Of a stretch of 64,000 nucleotides of DNA, positions 14,406 through 28,558 are shown one piece after another. A program made the translations under genes and the position numbers. Origin of the DNA: Octopus vulgaris (taxonomy: Eukaryota); the NCBI GenBank assembly GCA_951406725.2, contig OX597821.1, forward strand, positions 46,066,001 through 46,130,000, written 5' to 3'. Position 1 is the first letter of the stretch. Each line of letters opens with the position of its first letter. The notes below the pieces were generated by a model. The model was not told where the DNA came from and made no database searches. It worked only from the letters and a program-made list of their open reading frames with translations.

Positions 14406-15601
14406 ATTCACATATTTAGAGCTGGACCGATAGATAGAAACATCTCCATTTAGTTAAAAATCTAATACAAAAAAGTTATTCGAACAAAATGTGTCTTGCG
14501 CATCATGGATCAATCGACCTTTCATTTCACTTTCAAAATTATACACGAAAATACTTTTTTTGCATGTAACAAGTACTCTGTAACTTGTAACGCAATTTAG
14601 TTTTGTCATTCCTCTCAGTAAGAATCTGCTACTCTATTTTGGAACCTATTTAGTGTTATGTAGACATATAATTCTCTTAGTCACCAAGAGTCGCTTTTTA
14701 ATCCTCACCCTCTTCATTTCTTTGCGAGGTACTCTTACAACTTCTGAATGTTTACTTATTAAAAATTCTTCTTGAATTCAGTTTCCGTTTATTTCTTGTA
14801 ATGTTTTCTTCTACATACATTATTCCTCGTAATGACTCCTGTCTTATTTTGATATACCAAACTGAACGTTATGAACATTTTAGTCACTGAAGATTTAACT
14901 TATTCGACTGTATGTAAGTGCCAACAAATTTTTGCTATTTACTATATACATTAAGATTATTGTTCGTTGTAGATTACCAAATACTGTGCTCGCCATATTC
15001 CTTCGCTCTACCCTATTTATCTCGGCATGATCTCCTTTCTTTTAATCTGTTAACTTTCATTGTTCATCAGAACCTTCTGAAATCAAGGAAAGAATTCTCT
15101 TTCATGAGAAAGGTAAAAGAACCTAGAATAAACGCAAAACTAATATCTACGTTGGATTAAGTTCTTATATGAAGCACAGAAGTGTTCTGTAAATTCATAA
15201 ACTCCTTCGTGGATCCTTCCAGTCAATCAACTTGGGTCCCTTAATATCTTCAAAACAAACTACAATAAACTACAAAGCACATGAAAAATACTGCACTAAA
15301 TATTATTGTAATTTCTACCTAGACCACATCCACAGATCAACTACATGACAAAACCAAAGCAATAAAAATAAAACGCCACATAGACAGGTGAAGAGCGCAT
15401 TTTGTAGTCACAGCAAGCTTTAACCCCCCCCCCCCAACTCTATACATGTCATAACGATACATGTCACAACATGAAAATTCCATTTCCAAACAGCCACTCA
15501 CATATACAACACCCAACAGCAATATTAAACAACGTCCTGAAACGCTATTTCTGCCACTCGGTCTGAGCAAGTATAAGGAATACACACACACAAGTATATA
15601 T

Positions 15602-15926
15602 AGGAGCACTCCGTCGGTTACGACGACGAGAGTCCCAGCTGATACGATCAACGGAACAGCTTGCTCGTGAAATTAACGTGCAAATGGCTGAGCATTCCAC
15701 AGACACGTGTACCCTTAACGTAGTTCGCAAAGAGATTCAGCGTGACACAGAGTGTAACAAGGCTGGCCCTTTGAAATACAAGTACAACTCATTTTTGCCA
15801 GCTGAGTGGACTGGAGCAACGTGAAATGAAGTGTCTTGCTCAAGGACACAACGCGTCGCCGGGAATCGAACTCACAACCTTACGATTATGAGCCGAATGC
15901 CCTAACCACTAAGCCACGTGCCCTCA
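15602..15926 (-). mobile_element. tRNA-headed SINE, head D plus tail 2
   Basis: A box TGGCTTAGTGG, B box GTTCGATTCC, then tccttgagcaagacactt; 3' part shared with 25705-25890. Confidence 0.85.
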
Positions 15927-16103
15927 CACACACACACAAGTAACGGCAGCATTAACAGCTTCACTGGTACCAATTACTATGTTAAGATATACTACAGCAC
16001 TGGTCCTACTGTTGTGTTCCGGACGACTCTACAGCACCAACCTCTGCTGCGTCCTTCCAATACCAGAATTTACAGGTGTGCAGAAATAATAGATCAGACA
16101 AAG

Positions 16104-16471
<368 letters not shown>

Positions 16472-17025
16472 CATTATGTCTAGACTGCCACGCTGCACCA
16501 AATACAATTCATCATTGCGTGTCAGAATATGAATTTGTGGGTTGCCCTTCATCGTCTACCTGAGTACCATAGGTTAACTGGATCAGAGCGGAGCTAGGAC
16601 TGCTCAACGACAACTCTAGTATGTATAAGCTAGCGAGGGAGTCTCTGCGTGGTTGCTTGGCCAGCTAAAATAGCAGCCAAATATCCCCCAGACATTATTA
16701 TCGTCTTAAATAAGGAAATAATATATTGGATAGTACAATCCTACATTCACTTAAAACGACGGGATGGTCACATCTGGAATATCTTTAATCATAGGTCTGC
16801 TTAATCAGGGTTGCGCTGCTGTTAAAAAATAACTTCATTCCGTTTTTTTTTTTGTTTTTTCCTTCAAAATATTTTGTTTCTTAAACCCCAGCCAGATTGT
16901 TCGAACCGGGAAACGAAAACGACTAAACTAAGACAATCACATCTTAATCTCCACACAACTTCTAGCATTTCCTAAATCTTTACCTCCACATACTCAGAAC
17001 TGTAATATTCTAAGACTTCAGAACC

Positions 17026-17255
17026 TATTTCTTTATTACCCACAAGGGGCTAAACATAGAGGGGACAAACGAGGACAGACATAGGTATTAAGTCGATTAT
17101 ATCGACTCCAGTGCGTAACTGGTACTTAATTTATCGACCTCGAAAGGATGAAAGACAAAGTCGACCTCGGCGGATTTGAACTCACAACGTAATGACAGAC
17201 GAAATACCGCTAAGCATTTCGCCCGGTGTGCTAACGTTTCTGCCAGCTCGCCGCC
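17026..17255 (-). mobile_element. SINE family B, full length, 18 bp TSD
   Basis: TSD ttctaagacttcagaacc at 17008-17025 and 17256-17273; central tttcatcctttcg.ggtcgataaa motif shared with other copies. Confidence 0.92.
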
Positions 17256-17828
17256 TTCTAAGACTTCAGAACCGTTTGCACACTGGGTGATATAATTAAT
17301 ACATTCTGAGTTCAATTTCCGGCGCGGGTAACTTTTGCTTTTATCCTTTTACGGCTTGATAAAATAACTACCAGTTGAATACATTTCCCCTAAAACTGCC
17401 GGTCTTTTGTCAAAATTCGGAACCAATATTTTAAACTTTCTACTCTCACCATTGTTTAATTCTGAATTATCTCTAATCTAGCTGACATGTGATCAAAGAT
17501 GACCAACCTATTTTATATTACAAATAGTACATATACAACTGATTTAACTATTGCGCCCTAATTTTAAAAAAATAGTGAGTTTGGATGTGAAAATGCATTG
17601 CTTATCCTCATTTCAGCAGACTTAAGATCACTGTCTCTGCGCAGCATAAGGTATCAGTTGAACATATCCTTTCTTTCATAAGACAGAAATCTAGGATCTA
17701 AAGCAATTATCACGTGGACGCATCGACCTTACCAAGCAGATATATGTAAATCTAATGGCTACTAAACTTTTACTATTTTACATCTGAATAAGTATTAACA
17801 CACACACACATATGTATGCATTATATTA

Positions 17829-17865
<37 letters not shown>

Positions 17866-17890
17866 AATATGTTACATTACTCAATAGTCA

Positions 17891-17950
17891 AGATAAAACT
17901 CTGACTTTCAGATGCCGAAGTGGAAATCCACGACATCTCTTCGGTTATCT
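17891..17950 (-). ncRNA. Hammerhead-like motif with CCGAAGA core
   Basis: Minus AGAUAA-CCGAAGA-GAUGUCG...CGGCAUC-U-GAAA-gUCAGAG-UU-UUAUCU, between (TA)n tracts. Confidence 0.55.
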
Positions 17951-17989
17951 GGCTATTTGAAAACGCTATGAAAAAATACCGTTATATAT

Positions 17990-18027
<38 letters not shown>

Positions 18028-18221
18028 GTAATAATAACAGTAATACTTGGAAGGAATATATAGATATTTTAATGCATCGCTACGAGCGTTTCCACAAATC
18101 ACTTTCTCTTAAGATCACAGTCCGTATTTCTGGGATGATTACAGTGTAGTCCGTAGTATCTGTGGGTATCGGGTAGGTCATTTTCATGGATTCATTTCTT
18201 CAGGTAATATAGTATAGAGTA

Positions 18222-18235
<14 letters not shown>

Positions 18236-18252
<17 letters not shown>

Positions 18253-18293
18253 ATATGTATGTATGTATGTATATATGTATGTATGTTTGTATG

Positions 18294-18327
<34 letters not shown>

Positions 18328-18953
18328 TGTATGTATGTAGGTATGTAGGTATGCATGTAGGTAGGTAGGTATAAACGTATGTATGTATGTATGTATGTAG
18401 GTAGGTAGGTAGGTATGTGGGTAGGTAGGCATAAATGTATGTATGTATGTAGGTAGGTGTGCATGTATGTAGGTATGTATGTTTGTATGTAGGTATGCAT
18501 GTATGTAGGTATGTATGTATATATGTATGTAGGTAGGTAGGTATAAATGTATGTATGTATGTATGTATGTATGTATGTATGTATGTATGTATGTATGTAT
18601 GTATGTATGTAGGTAGGTAGGTAGGTATGAATGTATGTATGTATGTATGTATGTATGTATGTATGTAGGTATGCATGTATGTAGGTATGTATGTATGTAT
18701 GTAGGTAGGTAGGTATAAATGTATGTATGTATGTATGTATGTATGTATGTATGTATGTATGCATGTATGTATGTAGGTAGGTAGGTAGGTAGGTAAGTAG
18801 GTAGGTATGTAGGTGGGTAGGTAGGCATAAATGTATGTATGTATGTATGTATGTATGTATGTATGTAGGTATGCATGTATGTATGAATGTATGTATGTAT
18901 GTATGTAGGTATGTATGTATGTATGTGTGTATGTATGTATGTATGTATGTATG

Positions 18954-18982
<29 letters not shown>
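18236..18982. repeat. Compound (TATG)n/(TAGG)n microsatellite
   Basis: Directly visible, with recurring ataaatgtatg and atgcatgt interruptions. Confidence 0.95.
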
Positions 18983-18984
<2 letters not shown>

Positions 18985-19052
18985 GTGGGTAGGTAGACAT
19001 AAATGTATGTATGTATGTGTGTTTGTGCATACATACGTGTGTGTATCTTTTA

Positions 19053-19437
19053 TTTTTTTTACTTGTTTCAGTCATTAGACAGCGGTCATGCTGGAGCACT
19101 GCCTTGACGGAATTTTAGTCAAATGGATTGACTCCAGTACTTATTTTTTTCTTAAACCTGGTACCTATACTATCGGTCTCTTTTGCTGAACTGCCAGGTT
19201 ACAGGAACGTAAACACACTGACATCTGTTGCCCAGTGGTGGTTGGTAACAAGTACAGAAACACACACACACACACACACACATGACGGTCCCCTTTCAGT
19301 CTCCGCTTACCAAATCCACTCACAAGGACCGAAGTTATAATAGAAAGCGCTTGTCCCAGATGCCACGCAGGGTGACTGAACCTGGAACCATGTTGTTGGA
19401 AAGGAAGCTTCTTAACATACAGCCATACCGGCACCTA
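19053..19437 (-). mobile_element. SINE family A, diverged copy
   Basis: Aligns in reverse to 25049-25463. Confidence 0.85.
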
Positions 19438-19587
19438 TGGAAGTTCAGCATTTTTAATCGAGAGAAATTACAAAGCGATTCAAGGGCCGAGAGTTCCGTG
19501 CATGGTACTTGTTTGGTACTTGTTTGGTAAGTGCCATGTACAAAACTCACTGCCTGAGTCACCTTTTAACTCCTGCCGATTAAAAAT

Positions 19588-19636
<49 letters not shown>

Positions 19637-19689
19637 GTGTGTGTATGTGTTTGTCTGTGTGTGTGTGTGAGTGTGTGTGTGTGTTTGTC

Positions 19690-19722
<33 letters not shown>

Positions 19723-19777
19723 CTGTGTGTGTCTGTGTTTGTCTGTGTGTGTGTGTATGTATATGTGTGTGTGTGTT

Positions 19778-19835
<58 letters not shown>

Positions 19836-19838
<3 letters not shown>

Positions 19839-20016
19839 TCATCATCATTGTTCGAACGTGGTCGAGACAATGGAATTTACCATGCTACGCCAGACTTCAC
19901 GGTCCATCATGGCATTACGGAGGTCCTGTTGCTGGATGCCTGTATCCCTGGAGATTACATCAGGGTAGGAGAGTGTGCGCCCTCTGGTATTGCGAGTAGA
20001 TGGCTTCCAGAGGAGA
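19836..20016 (-). mobile_element. 5'-truncated LINE 3' end, RTE-like, with (GAT)n tail
   Basis: Minus translation LLWKPSTRNTRGRTLSYPDVISRDTGIQQQDLRNAMMDREVWRSMV; second copy at 63899-64000. Confidence 0.8.
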
Positions 20017-20029
20017 AGAGTAGAAATTA

Positions 20030-20069
<40 letters not shown>

Positions 20070-20794
20070 GGCCTCTAAAAGAAGAAGCAAGTACTTTTTA
20101 ATGTACTTATATATGAATAACATATAGCCTAATGGCTAATTTGTCTTTTGTACTAGATCATCGGTAATAATAATTTATTTTATTACCTTTTTGCTATGTT
20201 TATATATATATATATATATATACATACATAAATACATGCATACATATTCGTTTATGTCTATGTGCATATGATATAAATGGCTCACCTGTTGATTTTGACC
20301 TATCAGCTTCCAGTTATTCATCAACCGAACGATCTGCTTCTTAATTTAAGGTACGAATATTTCATGGACACCGGCATCCTTAACGTAAACCTCAGGCAGA
20401 TTCAGTGTTACAAGGCTTTACTTTTGAATTATAGGAGGATGACAGACTTCATCACCCTACTCAATTTCATTCATATCGACACACGGTTTTGGTGAAAACG
20501 CTTACCCTAAATGCCACCAAATGATATTGAACTTGGTACCTCAGTATTGTAAAAACGTACTTCTTAACCCTTTCGCCAAAGCCTACATTTATGTGTGTGT
20601 GTATGTGTGTGTGTGCATGTGTGTGACTATGTGCCTGTCTGTGTCTGTGATTGTGTATGTATACATTTATATATATGCGTGCATGTATGTCTGTCTGTCT
20701 CTCTCTGTCTCTCTCTCTCTATCTGTCTTCTATCTGTCTGTCTATCTGTCTGTATGTCTGTCTGTCCGTCTATCTGACTGTCTGCCTGTCTATA

Positions 20795-21178
20795 TTCTTT
20801 TATTTGTTCCAGTCATGTGACTGCGGCCTTGCAAGGTTTTAATCGAACAAATAGACCCCAGTTACCCTATTCTACTGGTCTCTTTTGCCGAACTGCCAAA
20901 TTACGGGGGCGTAAACACGCCAACGTCGGTTGTCAAGCGAAGCTGGGGCGACAAACAGCACAAAGATACACACATAAATATATACATACACACACAGAGA
21001 TACACACATAAATATATACATACACACACACACATACACACACAAACACACACACATATACGACGGGCTTCTATCAGTTTCCGTCTTCCTAATCCACTCA
21101 CAAGGCCTTGGACGGCCCGAGGCTATACTAGAAGACACTGGCTCAAGGTGCCACGCAGTGGGACTGAACCCGGAACCA
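20795..21178 (-). mobile_element. SINE family A
   Basis: Aligns in reverse to 25049-25463; head truncated. Confidence 0.85.
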
Positions 21179-21270
21179 TATATATATAAAGGTAGCATAA
21201 TTGATAATTATACATACATTACATATTGGGCTCACTTTTACCCCTGTCTATAAAATCATATCTACATACA

Positions 21271-21301
<31 letters not shown>

Positions 21302-21466
21302 ACTTTCCACCACTTTCCTTTTTTCTCTCTCTTTTATTTACACAAACACAACGGATGTGCGTTAGGCAAGTCAGATTTTAGCGATGGTGGGGCGACCTTG
21401 AGATTTTTAGTGGTGTCTTGTTCATGTTTAACCCATGTGGTTGTGATATCATTTTCTTGTTTTATG

Positions 21467-21499
<33 letters not shown>

Positions 21500-21652
21500 T
21501 CTCCCTCTCCCTCTCTCTCTATCTCTCTCTTTCTCTCTTTCTCTCTTTTATATGTGTGTATGCGTTGTGTTATAAGAAGTTGGCTTTCTAACCACATGGT
21601 TCCGGGTTCATTCTCACTGTGCGGCACCTTGGACAAGTGTCTTCTACTATAG

Positions 21653-21685
<33 letters not shown>

Positions 21686-21728
21686 ACATATATATATATA
21701 CACACACATACACACACACACACACACA

Positions 21729-21786
<58 letters not shown>

Positions 21787-21870
21787 CGGCAAGCTGGCAG
21801 AATTGTTAGCATGCCAGACAAAATGCTTAACATTTCGTTCCAACTCTTTACGTTCTGAGTTCAAATTTTA

Positions 21871-22133
21871 GGAGGCGCAATGGCCTAGTGGTTAGGGCAG
21901 CGGACTCGCGGTTTCGATTCCCAGACCGGGCGTTGTGTGTGTTTATTGATCGAAAACGCCTAAAAGCTCCACGAGGCTCCGGCAGGGGGTGGTGACCTCT
22001 GCTGTACTCTTTCACCACTCTTTCTTCTGTTGGCCTGCTCGCTTAGCCAGCGGGGTGGCGTCATTCGAAGGCTAAAACAGTGCGAACGCATTGTGATCAG
22101 CGATGTGTAACAACATCTGATGGTCTGGTCGGT

Positions 22134-22140
<7 letters not shown>
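21871..22140 (+). mobile_element. tRNA-headed SINE, head C plus tail 1
   Basis: A box TGGCCTAGTGG, B box GTTTCGATTCC; ends tcacgtga; abuts a family B head fragment (21786-21868); other copies 41470-41768 and 29258-29371 (-). Confidence 0.88.
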
Positions 22141-22186
<46 letters not shown>

Positions 22187-22595
22187 TTAATGTAGGATAA
22201 TCTTTTTTTTTTTGCGGAAAAAATTTTATCAATGGCCAGCATATTAAAAAATACCTTTAAAAATAATTTATAAACAACTTATAAAGAAGGGCAAACGAAA
22301 AAATGTCGAGCTTTTTTTGAGTAGCGTGTGTATTGTGAAAAAATTATAATGGTTATGGACAATGCGTCTAATTTCGGCATATTTGGCATTAGAAATTTAT
22401 TCGTTTGCCCTTCTTTATAAGTTGTTTATATATATCAGTTTCCATCTACCAAACCCACTCACAAGGCTTTGGTCGACCCGAAGCTATAGAGAAGACACTT
22501 GTGGGACTGAATTCGGAACCATGTGGTTGGTAAGCAAGCTTTTTACCACACAGCCACTCCTGCACCTATATATATACATACATACATATATATAA

Positions 22596-22664
<69 letters not shown>

Positions 22665-22786
22665 CATACATACATACATACACATATACATATGTGTGTA
22701 TACAAATTATGTATGTATACACACATACACACATATATACCACGCTTTTATAGTAAGCAGGTGCGATCGAAGCCTATATATATGTA

Positions 22787-22868
<82 letters not shown>

Positions 22869-22893
22869 GCTAGCTAGCTACATACCTACCTAC

Positions 22894-22957
<64 letters not shown>

Positions 22958-23569
22958 ACATACATACATACATACATACATACATACATACATACATACA
23001 TACACACATACATGCCCAGCATGAGATAGAGAAACTTGAAAATACGGCTAGTAGTAAAAGCTAACAAACAAAATGCTTTCTTGTTGTTTACTGTGAGAAG
23101 AGAGAGAGTGTAAAAATAGAGAGAGAGAGAGAGAGAGAGGAAAGGAGAGTCAGGTTGAGAGAATGAGTATAAGAGTATAAAAGAACGAAAGGGGAGTGTA
23201 AGACGGAGGTAGTACGTATGATTGTGTCACTGAGAAAAGAATGTGTCAGTAAGTGTGTGTGTGTGTGTATGTATTAGTATAGTGTTTGTGTTCATGCGTG
23301 TGGATAAGTGACAGTACCTTAAATGAGTAAGAGAAAGGGTAGAGTGGATCGTGTTAGAAGTGGATCCTTTCAACAACATTACCAACACTCACACACGCAC
23401 TCACACAAACCCAAATACTCAGAGTCAACTGTCATATTTTCACCCCCACCGAAAATGCAGCCATTGACAAAGTGCCAATTCTATCGCACTTGCTTGCTAT
23501 AACAGCGTAGTAGATTATGTACATGCGTGTGTGTGTGTGTATGTGTGTGTATGTGTGTGTGTGTGTATG

Positions 23570-23632
<63 letters not shown>

Positions 23633-24091
23633 GTGTATGTCGTCATAATAATTTCCACGTAACTAAACACTTTTAAACTTCGTATACTGGTAGAATGTGT
23701 TTATTAAACATCTTTTTCTCTTGGCTTTATTGAAAAAATTCTATAGTTTGTAAGATATTTGTTGTTGTTTTTCTTCAATTTCTGCAATTTCAACCAATCA
23801 ATGATGTCTATTGAGGTGGAAACATTTTGTGCCGTATGAATATGTCCCTCGTTTAAGAAACAGATTGGGTTTATTTACATTTCTGAAGAAAAAAAGATAC
23901 CCTTCCTTCCCCCATCCCTAACCCTAACCCTAAAAAAGATTGAAATGCAATAGATTGATACTAGGGTCATAATTATGGGTGACAATTTCATATGATACTG
24001 CTTGAAAAAACTGCCGTTCAAACCGAAAAGATCCTGCGCACATATATAATTTGCGTACACATACATATATGTGTGCATGTATATATATACC

Positions 24092-24307
24092 TATTTCCTA
24101 ATTACCTACAAGGGGCTAAACATAGAGGGGACAAACAAGGACAGACATAGATATTAAGTCGATGTGTAACTGGTACTTAATTTATCGACCCCGAAAGGAT
24201 GAAAGGCAAAGTCGACCTCGGCGGGATTTGAACTCACAACGTAATGGCAGACGAAATACCGCTAAGCATTTCGCCCACCGTCCTAACGATTCTGCCAGCT
24301 CGCCGCC
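24092..24307 (-). mobile_element. SINE family B
   Basis: Closely matches 17026-17255. Confidence 0.9.
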
Positions 24308-24488
24308 TTATATATATACGCACACATGTATGTATGTATGTATGTATGTTAATTTACATGTGACAGAATGTTCGTAGACAAGTCATACATAAGTTCCCAT
24401 GCGTACAATGAATAATAAGCATAATTCTTGTATCAAGAAACATTAAATATGAGTTACCAACAAAGCAGTTGACTCATTTTATTAGTTA

Positions 24489-24840
24489 CTAGCAGTATCG
24501 CCCGGCGTTGCTCGGGTTTGTAAGGGAAATAACTATAAAGCATTTTTAAAGAGTTATAGCCAAAAAATAGCAAAAGGAGTTAAAAAAGGTGGAGTTGCGT
24601 CCCCTAGACTGTCTGTGGTTTGGGTTTCTGATTCTCGACCCCATGTCGAATTTATCGATTTTTTTCAGAACTGGGGGAACTTTTCAAAATTTTCGCTGCG
24701 TTAGTTTTGAATTATGACATTGGGCTATGTGTGTGTCAAGTTTCATCATAATCGGTTGAAAGCCGTGGTCAGGGTGAGGGTACAAGCAAACAGACACACA
24801 GAAACACGCACAGACAAACTGCCGTTTATATATAGAGAGA
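24489..24840 (-). mobile_element. Non-autonomous Helitron
   Basis: Minus strand starts TC, ends CTAG with subterminal hairpin cccgagcaacgccggg; inserted between A and T, no TSD. Confidence 0.85.
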
Positions 24841-25048
24841 TTACGTAAAACATAATTGTAAACCACTGCCTGTCCGTCGCACAAATAAATGGTGGGGGAA
24901 ACAAAACAAAACAAAACAAAACAAAGCGTAAAAGAAAACGACCATGAAAAAGCACATTCAGCAACTGTTTTGTTTTGTTAGTTGGTAAGGAAAGAAAGTG
25001 CATAAGCCCATCTATATCGTAAGCACTCTGTGAATACATCATAAATAT

Positions 25049-25463
25049 AGGCGCAGGAGTGGCTGTGTGGTAAGTAGCTTGCTAACCAACCACATGGTTC
25101 CGGGTTCAGTCCCACTGTGTGGCATCTTGGGCAAGTGTCTTCTGCTATAGCCCCGGGCCGACCAATGCCTTGTGAGTGGATTTGGTAGACGGAAACTGAA
25201 AGAAGCCTGTCGTATATATGTATATATATATATATGTGTATGTGTGTGTGTTTGTGTACCTGTGTTTGTTCCCCTAGCATTGTTTGACAACCGATGCTGG
25301 TGAGTTTACGTCCCCGTTACTTAGCGGTTCGGCAAAAGAGACCGATAGAATAAGCACTGGGCTTACAAAGAATAAGTCCCGGGGTCGATTTGCTCGACTA
25401 AAGGCGGTGCTCCAGCATGGCCGCAGTCAAATGACTGAAAGAAGTAAAAAAAAAAAAAGAGTA
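25049..25463 (+). mobile_element. SINE family A, full length (tRNA-like head, CORE-like cttgggcaagt, internal microsatellite)
   Basis: Head ggcgcaggagtggctgtgtggtaag...gggttcagtccc; A-rich tail; more than a dozen copies or fragments in the window. Confidence 0.9.
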
Positions 25464-25665
25464 TAGATAATCAAACAGATACACACACACACTGAAGCAC
25501 ATACATTCATTCATACATATATACACACATACACGCATACATATATATACAGACATATAAACTTACATAACGGGAAGGTTTACGAAAATAAACAAAAGAC
25601 GAAGGCAGGTGGAGTACAAACAAACAATGTATTAGTATGGCGCTCAGGAATAGAAATAAAACAAG

Positions 25666-25703
25666 TCTTTTACGTTTCGAGCCTACGCTCTTCAACAGAA
25701 AGA
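25666..25703 (-). ncRNA. Minimal hammerhead-like motif with variant core
   Basis: UCUUU-CUGUUGA-A-GAGC-GUAG-GCUC-GAAA-CG-UA-AAAGA; other copies 42656-42691 and 44792-44828. Confidence 0.6.
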
Positions 25704-25704
25704 T

Positions 25705-26090
25705 GTGGAAGCACTCCGTCGGTTACGACGATGAGGGTTCCGGTTGATCCGAATCAACGGAACAGCCTGCTCGTGAAATTAACGTGTAAGTGGCTGAGCA
25801 CTCCACAGACACGTGCACCCTTAACGTAGTTCTCGGGGATATTCAGCGTGACACAGAGAGTGACAAGGCCGGCCCCTTGAAATACAGGTACAACAGAAAC
25901 AGGAAGTAAGAGTGAGAGAAAGTTGTGGTGAAAGAGTACAGCAGGGACCACTCCCCACTCCTGCCGGAGCCTCGTGGAGCTTTTAGGTGTTTTCGCTCAA
26001 TAAACACTCACAACGCCCGGTCTGGGAATCGAAACCGCGATCCTATGACCGCGAGTCCGCTGCCCTAACCACTGGGCCATTGCGCCTCCA
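25705..26090 (-). mobile_element. Chimeric SINE (head C plus tail 2) with 12 bp TSD
   Basis: TSD caacagaaagat at 25693-25704 and 26091-26102; nested in the hammerhead-like repeat. Confidence 0.9.
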
Positions 26091-26952
26091 CAACAGAAAG
26101 ATACACAGAAAAGAAACAAGGAGAGAAAAAAATTGCGTGTAGGGGCTAACGATCCACATACATTCAGACATACACACATACATATAGACCGGCCTACAAG
26201 CAGTTATAGATACACACACACTTACACACATGCAACATGCATACATACATACATAAAAACACAAGTATTCTTCCAACTTCTTTTTCCTTGCTGCTTGTTC
26301 AGCTGTGATGTTACCATTACATCTTGGAGGAAAGGTTTCAACAGGTTGTATACATACATGCATGCATAGATACATACATACGCACATATAAACACATTTA
26401 TACGTAGACACAAAATATATATCTGTTTCATTACGTCTGTGCCTATATACATATATAAACATATAGATATTTACATATGTATATTTATGTGTGTGTATAT
26501 ATACATACATACATATATATTTATATATGCATAAATATTGCATATATATATATACAGGAGCAAAACGCCCCCTCCCCCGTCTACTGGACGGTGCTGAGTT
26601 GTCAAACATTTAAACCAAACTTTCTCAAAACAACTTGTCCGACCATCCCATTTTGTAACATTATTTCAAGCCAGCCGGCATTTTTTGCGCAAACTGCACG
26701 TGCATTTTTCTCGGGTACGCGTAGTATCGATCGCAACAGCTGATATACTTGTGCGTACAAATGCACGTTCCCACGGCTTTATCGATCGCATTCTCTCCTG
26801 GAATCGATATTTTGCAATTTTTTCAAGACTTATGCACACCCTCATACCGTCGGTATCTACATATCAAATTTGAGCGCAATCGGATCCTAGAAGACATACA
26901 CACAGAAATAGACAGAACAGATTTTATATAATATATATATATATATACCACG

Positions 26953-27013
<61 letters not shown>

Positions 27014-27102
27014 TATATTTGTCGTGGTATAACTCAACAAAGAGAGAACTTCATCTGGCGAGAGTCAAATATTGCCGTTTAAGGATCACAATACATATTT
27101 TC

Positions 27103-27161
27103 GGTCACTACTAATAGTTTCACGTGTCTGAAAATGCAAACACGTTCTTCAGGCGCAGACC
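27103..27161 (-). ncRNA. Type I hammerhead ribozyme motif downstream of the PLE ORF relic
   Basis: CUGAAGA-ACGUGU-loop-ACACGU-GAAA-CUAUUAG-UA-GUGACC; canonical core, 6 bp stem II, GUA triplet, bulged stem I. Confidence 0.75.
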
Positions 27162-27577
27162 ACTTTTCGCACTGAACCAAGAACTTTCAATTAAGAACTT
27201 TAAATATGGCGTGGAACGTGAGAATACGTGAAAATTTGTAGCATACAGAGAATCTTAACTTGTAACCGGAAAACGAAACCAGGAGACCTGATGTAAATAT
27301 AATTAATGTACGAAATTAAATGTAAATTGTGGAAGGAGAGTAAAAATGTATATGAAAAATTAATGTATAAAAACATAAGATAAAAATGTAAAGGTATAAA
27401 TATAGGAAGTGTCGGGAATGTAGAAATTTATAAAATTTATAAAGGATAAAAAATGAAAAGGATAAAAAATAAACCTAAAGAAATAGGGAGGAAAACTATA
27501 GTAGTAAGTGATCTAACTTCCTTAGTCTTTAAATAATAAGGTCGGAGGGATGTTAAATCTATCTGCGACAGGTTTGT

Positions 27578-27910
27578 CTAGTTCTTCAAAATATATTTTT
27601 GCTTGTGTCTGCTACCACTGAAAATTTCAGACCTCGATTTTATTGAGTTGGGGACTTTTGATCTGAACAGTATTTGTGTTCTTCCAGCCAAGCAAAACCT
27701 ACATTTTTTTTATCCATTCACATAAGGTGTGGATTTTTCGATTATTTTCCATTTAATAGTATATGGCGTTTTATTCGCTTTCAAAGTCCCACGTGGCTGG
27801 CTATCTTTGTGACCTTACTCTTGTCTTTATGTCGGAAGAAGGTTATGTGGTTGGCATAACGTTTTTTAAACTACTCTTCACATAATCCAGTATAGATTTT
27901 TCCGTTATTG

Positions 27911-27950
<40 letters not shown>

Positions 27951-28045
27951 CATTATTATTATTATTATTATTATCATTATTATTATTATCATCATCATCA
28001 TCATCATCATCATTATCATCATCATTATTATTATTATTATTATTA

Positions 28046-28101
<56 letters not shown>

Positions 28102-28558
28102 TACGGTTGCAGTGACCTCCGCCTCATATACAATTGCCTTGGTCATTTACCGATATTCGAGTGGACAAGATCGCGACAGTTGCAGCCATCTTCAGGCACT
28201 TTATGATGGCCACGTGTAATGAAACGCTTTATGTTGGGGCAGCAGCTATACGATAATTTCACTGACCCCTTGTTAAAATTTTTTTCTGTATCTGTCTAAG
28301 AGAGTCAAAAATCTCCTATCAATGTTCGGTTTTACATTGAGAGAAAAGGGAAGGGCGAACCAAATTATTTTCCTGAGCCTATTATTTGATTTTTTTGTTA
28401 GCATCTAGATTAATGTTAGCATGTTTATGTACGACATTATCGTTGGTACTGCTATATTTATCCTTAATATTATGATCAGTGTTAGAAAGATTATATGTTA
28501 ACTTATCTTTAAACCCGCTGTAGGCTAGGGTTTTATTATAGTAGGAGGCAGCCCTATT
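27578..28558 (-). pseudogene. Penelope-like retroelement C-terminal region: RT thumb end, linker and GIY-YIG endonuclease (degenerate)
   Basis: AASYYNKTLAYSGFK; RKIIWFALPFSLNVK; VKLSYSCCPNI; CNCR..CPL; KAIVYEAEV...KIYTGLCE.*FKKRYANH; IKWKIIEK; CRFCL; RSEIFSGSRHKQKY. Confidence 0.88.

Noticed and set aside
21871-21925. tRNA gene candidates at SINE heads
   Set aside because: A and B boxes are present but run into SINE bodies with no complete cloverleaf
23916-23933. (CCCTAA)3 telomere-like repeat, also near 53095-53112
   Set aside because: Only about three units; too short to call an interstitial telomere
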